Assembly (NCBI GenBank): GCA_965267245.1
Contig: OZ253939.1
Location: 5,840,962 to 5,904,961, forward strand
DNA length: 64,000 nt
DNA from: Cyclobacteriaceae bacterium
GTDB taxonomy: Bacteria; Bacteroidota; Bacteroidia; Cytophagales; Cyclobacteriaceae
Direction: 5' to 3'
A model generated the notes under the pieces. That model was given only the letters and a program-made list of their open reading frames with translations, was not told where the DNA came from and did no database searches. This document shows, piece by piece, positions 53,614 through 60,924 of the stretch. Made by a program: the position numbers and the translations under genes. The stretch's first letter is position 1. The number at the start of each line of letters is the position of its first letter.

Positions 53614-54999
53614 TCATTGAACTTCAGCTTTAAAAAGTCTCGGGTATTTTGCTAAATTCTGCTTTACAATGCGCTCAGCAGCCTTTTTACGTGCAGCAGG
53701 GGTATTCTTATTTGTAAACTCAATGTCTCCAATTTGCTGATAACTTTTTCCCTGGGTAAAAAGGATGGCTACTCTTACTACTTCTGCTGGAGCAGCTACC
53801 TGTTCCCTGGCTACACTGTGAGTTTCCTGGGCACTGGCAAAGAAGTATTCACCAAGCTTTATGGCACGTTCTACCGTTTCTTTCTGAATAATCTCTTCCT
53901 CCTGAAATGTTTCATTGTTGTATGCTTTATCTGAAATGTGGAGTATGGCTGATAATCTTTGTGTGTAAGCATTAATCTTGCCGTAGATTCCTCCTTGCAA
54001 GTTTCTTTCATATAGCCTTTCCTCACGGTTGATCTTTTGGGCTTTTTCCTTTCTCCATGAATCGAAAATCTTGATTGCTTCTGGAGAAAAAATGCAGGAT
54101 CTAATATGCTCTAAATCATAAATTCCTAATCCAGCATACATACTGTTAATTGCCTTGTGATGGTCCCTCTCTAGTCCTTCAGGCATATCAAAATCAAGAC
54201 TTGGTATGGCAATTCTATCTTCTTCTGGAACTGCAAAAAGAAAGCGAAAAATAAACCCTGTAGTATCCCGGTCATTCTTAAAAAGCTTATGAAGTACCGT
54301 AGGCTGGATAGAACCAAAATTATTTATGAACATCTTTTCCAGGAATGTTTCCTGCTTTCCGGATCTGGTAATCTGGTGACTACTACCGTCCCAACATTTT
54401 AACCAAAACTGTTCTTCATTCCCTTCCTTACGGTTATTTGGATTCATTCCATTTATCCACTCCAGAATTTCATCAGAGAATTTGAGCATTCCCTTAGGAT
54501 TGTCAGGCAGCACCCATCTAATGAGTGTTGGTATTTGAATATCGTTAAATGTTAACTTTCTTAACGGTTGGGATTGCTTATCATGATCACCCATTCCGCT
54601 GGTGAGTACTTCCCATTCAGTGCTGTGGGATTGCTGAATCTGATTGAGTGGTTTAAAAATCTGCTTCATGATGACAGATTTACCTGACGAACTCATACCA
54701 ACCAGGCATGACCATACCGTAAGTGGCATTGATCCCAATTTCTTATTGACAAGCCAATACCCGTTCCCTATGGCTGTAGAATAGGCAGTTAGCATACTAA
54801 GACCAATAAAACTAGTAGGCACGTCGTAATGCTTATGGATTAATTCAATAAACGGTTTAGCTGTAGGGTGGAACACATCCAGTGGAAAGTGTAATTTTTT
54901 CCTTTCTCTTTCCTTTAAAGTTTTTTCAAGGTCTTCTGTAGATACTGTGGGTACTGCATCTTTATTTCTCCAAACGTTGAATGATCTTGCTTCGCTCAT
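53614..54999 (-). CDS. DUF3987-type replication/helicase-loader-like protein
   Basis: PLDVFHPTAKPFIELI...SFIGLSMLTAYSTAIG...VWSCLVGMSSSGKSVIMK fits the DUF3987 layout with a P-loop-like SSGKS. Confidence 0.65.
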   Translation of the reverse strand: MSEARSFNVWRNKDAVPTVSTEDLEKTLKERERKKLHFPLDVFHPTAKPFIELIHKHYDVPTSFIGLSMLTAYSTAIGNGYWLVNKKLGSMPLTVWSCLVGMSSSGKSVIMKQIFKPLNQIQQSHSTEWEVLTSGMGDHDKQSQPLRKLTFNDIQIPTLIRWVLPDNPKGMLKFSDEILEWINGMNPNNRKEGNEEQFWLKCWDGSSHQITRSGKQETFLEKMFINNFGSIQPTVLHKLFKNDRDTTGFIFRFLFAVPEEDRIAIPSLDFDMPEGLERDHHKAINSMYAGLGIYDLEHIRSCIFSPEAIKIFDSWRKEKAQKINREERLYERNLQGGIYGKINAYTQRLSAILHISDKAYNNETFQEEEIIQKETVERAIKLGEYFFASAQETHSVAREQVAAPAEVVRVAILFTQGKSYQQIGDIEFTNKNTPAARKKAAERIVKQNLAKYPRLFKAEVQ

Positions 55000-55706
55000 G
55001 CTGTAATTTTCAACTTTTGGAGATTGGGTAATAGGTCATCTGAAAGACGGGCATCTATCAGAGTTGCTTTTACTATTTCTTCACATCTGGATATGATTAC
55101 CGAGCGGATGGGGTCCAGGTTCTTAGATAGTAATTCTAGTTGTGCAAATAGCCTTGTGATGTGTGCCTGATCTTTGATGTATTTTACTTTTTGAGGTATG
55201 GCATCTTTGAATTCTGCTAGTTCTTCCGAGATGTCTTTCAACTGTTCATCTGAATTGAGGTAGTTTATTATTTGGCTCATTATTAGAAAGCAATCATTGT
55301 TTAGGTCTGTAATGGCTTGATACATTTCCTGTATGATTGATGCGTTTTCAAAATCTGATTTAGAAATGAAACCCTTTCTTATATCGTGAAGCCTGGTTGA
55401 AACTTTTTCCCGAATGTCACACTCTAATAGCATAAGTGCATCATGTATGAGTGTGGCTGAATTGTTAATTGGAAGTGTACATTCACACAGATAATGGGCC
55501 TTAGAAGTTATTGATACTGTTTGTAAAGAGATAGATCTGCCAGAGGCATAAATCTGATGCATCATTTTCCATATCTGATCATGGTCATTCTTAGTAGAGA
55601 AATTTTTAGGGGAAAGAATGCTGGCAACTTTATCAAAGCAGTTGCAGATAAGGCAGGTACCAATTATTTGTTTTTCAAGCTTATATCTATATGTTAGTGA
55701 ATTCAT
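54996..55706 (-). CDS. DnaB N-terminal-domain-like protein
   Basis: LEKQIIGTCLICNCFDKVASILSPKNFSTKNDHDQIWKMMHQIYASGRSISLQTV parallels the DnaB_N pattern (E..vLg.ll.d......l.pedF....h..If.am..l...g..id..tv). Confidence 0.5.
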   Translation of the reverse strand: MNSLTYRYKLEKQIIGTCLICNCFDKVASILSPKNFSTKNDHDQIWKMMHQIYASGRSISLQTVSITSKAHYLCECTLPINNSATLIHDALMLLECDIREKVSTRLHDIRKGFISKSDFENASIIQEMYQAITDLNNDCFLIMSQIINYLNSDEQLKDISEELAEFKDAIPQKVKYIKDQAHITRLFAQLELLSKNLDPIRSVIISRCEEIVKATLIDARLSDDLLPNLQKLKITA

Positions 55707-55911
55707 TTGTTTAATTGAAGTTTGAAAATGTACCCCTGTGGAATATCCAACAGGGGTAATTGCTTTAACTAAAATGTAAAATGAAGGCTTTCAATTTCTT
55801 TAATTTGAAATCAGGATGGCTCACAAAACCTGATTTCTGATTACGGACACTTCTCTTAAAGTGTTAAGGGGTTAAAAGAACGTCTGAACCATTTTACTTT
55901 TATACACTGTC

Positions 55912-56157
55912 TCAACCGAACTCTTTATTCCGTGGTGATATGGACAACTTACCCGTTTTGCTGTCTATGACTATAGGTAGCTGACACCAGTTAACCAGCG
56001 GAATGCAGGGTTCTAATTCTTCTTCATAGATAGTACTGTATAGCTTCTCAAGATCCTTGACCAGTATCTTCTGCTTTCGCATGCGCCTGGCTATTGCCAA
56101 GGCTTTTCTAGCGTCTTCCCAGCGTGTGAATACTCTATTTAATCTATTAATGTGCAT
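55912..56157 (-). CDS. Hypothetical protein
   Basis: 81-aa ORF. Confidence 0.4.
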   Translation of the reverse strand: MHINRLNRVFTRWEDARKALAIARRMRKQKILVKDLEKLYSTIYEEELEPCIPLVNWCQLPIVIDSKTGKLSISPRNKEFG

Positions 56158-56354
56158 GTGAATCCTTTCTCTGTTAGTTCTTTGATTACTTCTTCTGTAG
56201 GTTCTCCCATGTACCGGTTATAGCGCATGGGTATTTTCACTACTTCCCCCTGGAAGCTCCACAGGCCGAAGAATGTCTTCTGCTTCTCTCCTTGAATATG
56301 CCATATCTCGCAAAGGAGTATGAAAGGGTTCCCCTGACTGTCGTAATTGCTCAT
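56139..56354 (-). CDS. Hypothetical protein
   Basis: 71-aa ORF with protein-like composition. ATGA overlap with 56351-56779. Confidence 0.45.
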   Translation of the reverse strand: MSNYDSQGNPFILLCEIWHIQGEKQKTFFGLWSFQGEVVKIPMRYNRYMGEPTEEVIKELTEKGFTCTLID

Positions 56355-56779
56355 ACTCTGATCGTGGTTTGAATACCGCCTTCCTGCCCATTTTGGCGTA
56401 CCTCTTTCTTTCCTCTTCTTGTCTGGCTGGGCTTAGATCCGAATAAAGGATGACTGTTTCCATATTTTAAATATTTAAAGCAAATGCAATAGATTTTGGT
56501 ATCATTAGTAACTGGCTCTATGGTGTACTTGCTGGCTAGCTCAGCAATGAGTACTTCACGTGAATACCCGGTGACAATAGTGGCCAGGGACTTTGAGATA
56601 TCCCTGACCTTAAGATTGCGCCGCTCGATAATTTTAGCGTGTCCCAGGAATGCACCGTGTAGGTATATATCATAGCCGTGATCCACTTCATACTTTTCTG
56701 GTAGACGAATGTCTACATGCATGAAGCTGGAGCAATACAGCCTGTTATTATCATTTCCGGTGAAGTGGAGTGATTTCAT
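56351..56779 (-). CDS. Hypothetical protein (C-terminal 35 or so codons doubtful)
   Basis: 142-aa ORF. Its tail overlaps the alternative-frame ORF 56218-56463. Confidence 0.45.
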   Translation of the reverse strand: MKSLHFTGNDNNRLYCSSFMHVDIRLPEKYEVDHGYDIYLHGAFLGHAKIIERRNLKVRDISKSLATIVTGYSREVLIAELASKYTIEPVTNDTKIYCICFKYLKYGNSHPLFGSKPSQTRRGKKEVRQNGQEGGIQTTIRV

Positions 56780-57219
56780 TCTGCCGGTCTTAGTCTTCTG
56801 AATCCTAAAACCCTGCCTTTATCATAACCAGTGATGCATACCTTGTTTGCCTGGTTTCCTCCCAGTATGTTTATGTGACGGCCGTCTTCATCATAGTTGA
56901 TGAAAATACCCACATGTCCCTTCCAGCTACTGGGTGAGCTTCTCCAGAGCACTACTATATCTCCAGGGATAGGACGGTCTGTTTCTCTGCCTACCTGCAG
57001 CCATGACCGGGCATTGAGCTCTCCGGATCTTTCTGCACACTGCTGCTGAGCTACCCAGTTCATAAATGCACTGCACCAGGCAGTCTCATCATCTTTTACC
57101 CAGCTGTGGCCTATCTCTTTGAAATAGTTTAAGATGGTGGCATTGTGTGCTCCACCTACGGTTTCTTCTACACCGTACTGGGATAGGGCCGTGTTTAGGA
57201 TTTGATCATTCAATATCAT
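56776..57219 (-). CDS. NlpC/P60-CHAP-type cell-wall hydrolase (TIGR02594-like)
   Basis: NATILNYFKEIGHSWVKDDETAWCSAFMNWV (catalytic Cys context) and WKGHVGIF (His). Confidence 0.72.
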   Translation of the reverse strand: MILNDQILNTALSQYGVEETVGGAHNATILNYFKEIGHSWVKDDETAWCSAFMNWVAQQQCAERSGELNARSWLQVGRETDRPIPGDIVVLWRSSPSSWKGHVGIFINYDEDGRHINILGGNQANKVCITGYDKGRVLGFRRLRPAE

Positions 57220-57476
57220 TACTCAACTACAATTAAGTCTTCAATTGACGTACAAAGAATTTGTGATATTTTAACAAGTTCATCCAAGGAAGGTTGTGTG
57301 TTGTTTAGGAGAATATTAGACACTCTTCTTGGGTGACCAACTGAGGCTCTTATCTTTTCTTCAATAGCCTTTCTTGAAGCTAATGGATCATCACTAGAGC
57401 TACTCTGCTTAAAAATAACTTTCAATATGTTATTGCTTTTAAGTGTCTTTGTTGAGTTATTAATAGTTGTTTCCAT
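57219..57476 (-). CDS. HTH protein (Cro-like) of element 2
   Basis: RRVSNILLNNTQPSLDELVKISQILCTSIEDLI is XRE-like. It is divergent from the 57601 gene. Confidence 0.55.
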   Translation of the reverse strand: METTINNSTKTLKSNNILKVIFKQSSSSDDPLASRKAIEEKIRASVGHPRRVSNILLNNTQPSLDELVKISQILCTSIEDLIVVE

Positions 57477-57508
57477 CTTTTAATGTTGTATATAAATTTG
57501 TGTAAACA

Positions 57509-57566
57509 TACAATTAATGAATAATAAATACAATTAACGTACAAAATATATTATTAAATAATTGTA
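57509..57566. promoter_or_regulatory. Candidate operators of the element 2 switch
   Basis: TACAATTA occurs at 57509 and 57529, with an inverted copy TAATTGTA at 57559, in the 109-bp divergent intergenic region. Confidence 0.4.
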
Positions 57567-57600
57567 TATTATTGTAGTTGATTAATTGAACGGTAAGGAA

Positions 57601-58017
57601 ATGCCTAAAACAAAATCCTATGATGATCTTGTAGGGGATGGTCTACAGCTAAGAATTTTATTTGATGAGATTGGAGTAAATCAAAAGAGATTTGCGGAAA
57701 AAATTGGGGTAAGTGGAAACACACTTACTAATTGGATAAATAGTCCAGTAATTAGTACTGATAATCTCATTAAAATTGAAAAAGGCCTAGAAGTAGACAT
57801 CAGTCATAAGTTTACAAAGCTCAAGCAAGCTAAAAATAGACAGGTTCATCCCAATGTCCATTATTCTGCCTCTGGTGAAGAGGTGAAAGAGATTACTCTT
57901 GATGAGTATATTGAGTATCAAAGTCTAAAGAAGGAAGTTGAGCAGCTTAAGTACATCGTAAAGATGCAGGAGCAGTTTATTGCTGTAGTAAAACAGCAAT
58001 ACAATATTGAGGATTAA
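57601..58017 (+). CDS. XRE-family HTH repressor (CI-like) of element 2
   Basis: NQKRFAEKIGVSGNTLTNWINS is an HTH, followed by a C-terminal coiled coil as in 23898-24308. The start was set at the ATG at 57601 (the track uses TTG at 57586). Confidence 0.68.
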   Translation: MPKTKSYDDLVGDGLQLRILFDEIGVNQKRFAEKIGVSGNTLTNWINSPVISTDNLIKIEKGLEVDISHKFTKLKQAKNRQVHPNVHYSASGEEVKEITLDEYIEYQSLKKEVEQLKYIVKMQEQFIAVVKQQYNIED

Positions 58018-59246
58018 TTTAGGTATTGATTTACTTTTGGCACATGCCTATAGGCTTCTTTTACAGCTGCCACCTTTCGTTTCTCCCTCATACCATTGAT
58101 ATACACAAATAGTATACCGATTAAAGCAAGGCTAAAAACTATAAGCCCACTCCACTGGATGATTTTCTCATTTCTCATTTCCCTGATCTGTAACTCATAG
58201 TAGTTTCTGATTAAACTATCTATGGCTGCTGCCTGGCTTTCACTGCTTAAGGTTTCTCTATACTGATTATAAATCTTGTTTTCTTCCTGGTGTCTGATAT
58301 CATATTCATCTCTGAGATCAGCAAGCTTCATATCCCGAAATAGTATTTCCATTTTATGAAAGAGTTCTACAGACGCATAATCACGAGGCACATTATCGTA
58401 CAGTGATTCTGCCAATAAGTAATACTTATAGGATGAATCATACCGGTTTGTGCTATGGTAAGCTTCTCCCAGGTCCATGTAAGTGATGAACTTGTCTGAT
58501 TCCTTTTCTTTTATGGATAACGATTGTTTATAAAAATCAATGGCACTATCCGGAAGGTTTTGTTTGTATAAACCAAATCCAATATTGTGATAAGCTCTAC
58601 CTGCGTATCTGTTGTACTCCGGGTTATCTATTGCATTAATGATTTCGAAAAGGTACTCCCTGGCTTCATTGTATTTACCTGCTCTATTTAAAGCTATCCC
58701 AATCCAATTATATGCTTTGGCCTGTTTATTTACCTGGTTGTTTTCTTTAGCAGCATCAAGTCCTTCCAAGTACTTTTGTACCGCCTCATCTTCTCTACTG
58801 CTGGCCAGATAAACATTCCCCAGGTTAATAAGTATAGATGCTTTCTGATCATCTGATGCATAGTCTAGCGCAATCTGGTTTAGTTTTTCAGCTTCATCCC
58901 AATTCTGGGCCAATTTATTAAGCCTGGCAAGATTCTTATACAAACTAGATATGACAGGATGATACTTTTCCTCTTTTGGAATGTGATTTATGGACTCCAG
59001 GTAATGGAACACAGCTTTATCATACTGTGACTTTCTGGTAAATGCATAGGCCAATAGCTGGTGGCTGTAATAAAGGTTATCCGGATCAGTGTATGACTTT
59101 AAACTCTCTGTTGCGTAATAAATGGAACTATCAGGTAATTTATATGAGTCCTGGGCCTTCTGATTCAATAATGAATATTCAGGATTGGAAGTGTCCCTAC
59201 ATCCGTAGAGAAGTAAGATTGCGAATACGACCGACCAGACGCGCAT
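58014..59246 (-). CDS. TPR-repeat lipoprotein with a C-terminal TM anchor (paralogue of 26235-27449)
   Basis: From the ATG at 59244-59246: MRVWSVVFAILLLYGC (lipobox), TPR units, IIQWSGLIVFSLALIGILFVYI (TM) and a basic tail. Colinear similarity to the element 1 protein, for example LPDSSIYYATESLKSY versus SPDSAIFYAESSLKEY. Confidence 0.8.
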   Translation of the reverse strand: MRVWSVVFAILLLYGCRDTSNPEYSLLNQKAQDSYKLPDSSIYYATESLKSYTDPDNLYYSHQLLAYAFTRKSQYDKAVFHYLESINHIPKEEKYHPVISSLYKNLARLNKLAQNWDEAEKLNQIALDYASDDQKASILINLGNVYLASSREDEAVQKYLEGLDAAKENNQVNKQAKAYNWIGIALNRAGKYNEAREYLFEIINAIDNPEYNRYAGRAYHNIGFGLYKQNLPDSAIDFYKQSLSIKEKESDKFITYMDLGEAYHSTNRYDSSYKYYLLAESLYDNVPRDYASVELFHKMEILFRDMKLADLRDEYDIRHQEENKIYNQYRETLSSESQAAAIDSLIRNYYELQIREMRNEKIIQWSGLIVFSLALIGILFVYINGMREKRKVAAVKEAYRHVPKVNQYLN

Positions 59247-59373
59247 ATTGATGTGATTAATAGGGTTTTTGTAAAGAGTTAACAAGTATAATACAAACCA
59301 TATACAAAAACAAACCACCATGAATCACAACTCATTGAAACATAGCGGTTTTATTATCATATGCTAATACCAA

Positions 59374-59541
59374 TTAATTACAACATGGCTGGGGTGGATC
59401 TTCGTCATCATCACCATCATCGCCCGCAGGTTGTTCTATAATTAATGAATTTTCTATCTCATCATACTCAGTATCCGGAGTGCATGATGCGAAAAAGAAT
59501 GAAGTAAAAAATACTGCTAGTAATACTCTTAAGATTTTCAT
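59374..59541 (-). CDS. Small acidic lipoprotein (55 aa) ending in PCCN
   Basis: Hand translation gives MKILRVLLAVFFTSFFFASCTPDTEYDEIENSLIIEQPAGDDGDDDEDPPQPCCN. It lies 127 nt upstream of the TPR gene, matching the 125-nt spacing in element 1. Confidence 0.6.
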   Translation of the reverse strand: MKILRVLLAVFFTSFFFASCTPDTEYDEIENSLIIEQPAGDDGDDDEDPPQPCCN

Positions 59542-59695
59542 AATCAATAATTTTAGTTGAGAATCAATGAGTTGACAATATAATCAATCGTATCTCTCGT
59601 TGCATGGGACAACACTAGTAATTAGCCGTTGTGTGGGAAAATTGTTTGTTAATGAGCGGGAATGTTTATAAGTTGGGTTAGTTATCAACAATCTA

Positions 59696-60448
59696 ATGCG
59701 CAGATACATATACTCAATTCTTCAACCCTCTGGTAAGGGTAAGGATATCAGCTACTACTTTGATATTTTTTTAATGATATTGATAATCCTCAGCGTTATT
59801 GATATCATCCTTGAGTCTGAGAAATTTTTGAGAGATCAGTTCCATCAAATATTCCGAGCTTTTGAGATTTTTAGTGTGACAATATTCACAATTGAATACA
59901 TATTAAGGCTGTGGACAATAGTAGAAAGCAAAAAATACCATAAACCACTGAAAGGAAGATTGAAGTGGTTCTTTTCTCCTATGGCATTAGTGGATTTATT
60001 GGCAATCATGCCATTTTATTTGCCATTTGTTGGGATCGATTTGAGGTTTTTAAGAGCTCTTCGACTGTTTAGGATATTCAGGATATTGAAAATGGCCAGG
60101 TATTCGAATGCATTTGACCTTATCAGGAATGTATTGAAGGAGAAAAAAGAAGAATTACTAGTTACCATGGCCTTCATCATGATAATACTGGTGATAGTCT
60201 CTACTATGATGTATTATGTAGAAAGGGATGTGCAACCAGATGTATTTTCAAGTATATCTGATGCTATCTGGTGGGGAGTGGTAACCCTTACTACTGTGGG
60301 ATACGGTGATGCATATCCTGTAACGGGATTAGGAAAATTGCTAGGTGGATGTATCACATTATTGGGAATAGGATTAATTGCTTTGCCTTCTGGAATAATT
60401 GCTTCTGGGTATACTGAGCAGATAATGAGAATGAAAAATAAGAATTAA
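59696..60448 (+). CDS. Voltage-gated-type 6-TM potassium channel
   Basis: S4-like RFLRALRLFRIFRILKMAR (Arg every third residue) and the selectivity filter TLTTVGYGD. Confidence 0.88.
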   Translation: MRRYIYSILQPSGKGKDISYYFDIFLMILIILSVIDIILESEKFLRDQFHQIFRAFEIFSVTIFTIEYILRLWTIVESKKYHKPLKGRLKWFFSPMALVDLLAIMPFYLPFVGIDLRFLRALRLFRIFRILKMARYSNAFDLIRNVLKEKKEELLVTMAFIMIILVIVSTMMYYVERDVQPDVFSSISDAIWWGVVTLTTVGYGDAYPVTGLGKLLGGCITLLGIGLIALPSGIIASGYTEQIMRMKNKN

Positions 60449-60909
60449 TGAAAAACATGAGAAACCAATTTAATGATTTTGAAGTGTATAAGCTTTACCT
60501 GGATTGGGATAGAAGTAAGCTAGATAATACAAAAAAAGTCTTTTCTTCAAACGTGACAAGAATAGAGATAATTCTTGGGTTAATGTTTGTTTTATCAGTC
60601 ACATCAATAAGGGAAATAGACAATAAAAACTGGTTCCAAATTTTCGGTATAGTATTGTCTTTTGTTTCTCCTATATGGCTAATGATTGATAATTTAATTC
60701 ACCAGAATGGAGCCATGAAGGAGTTTATAGAAGGTTCTGAGGCTCTTGATATAGAATTAAATCCAAATAATCACAAGAAAGGAGTTACAATTCCTCCATT
60801 AGATTTTAATGGATATGACATTCTTCAAAAAGTTAGAAAAAGGAATACGGTTTTTATGTGTATTCAAGTGTTTTGTGCAGCTCTTGGATTAATCTTAATA
60901 ATCATCTAG
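60448..60909 (+). CDS. Three-TM membrane protein co-transcribed with the channel
   Basis: 153-aa ORF whose start overlaps the channel stop (TAATG). It has three hydrophobic helices. Confidence 0.5.
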   Translation: MKNMRNQFNDFEVYKLYLDWDRSKLDNTKKVFSSNVTRIEIILGLMFVLSVTSIREIDNKNWFQIFGIVLSFVSPIWLMIDNLIHQNGAMKEFIEGSEALDIELNPNNHKKGVTIPPLDFNGYDILQKVRKRNTVFMCIQVFCAALGLILIII

Positions 60910-60924
60910 GTGTTAATATCTAAT

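Noticed and set aside
53273-53617. 114-aa minus-strand ORF, and the idea of a CRISPR-like array in the same region.
   Set aside because: The ORF is just the translation of the 8-bp iterons (repeated SGH/PDR strings). The repeats are too short (8-11 bp), occur in both orientations and have irregular short gaps, so this is not a CRISPR array.
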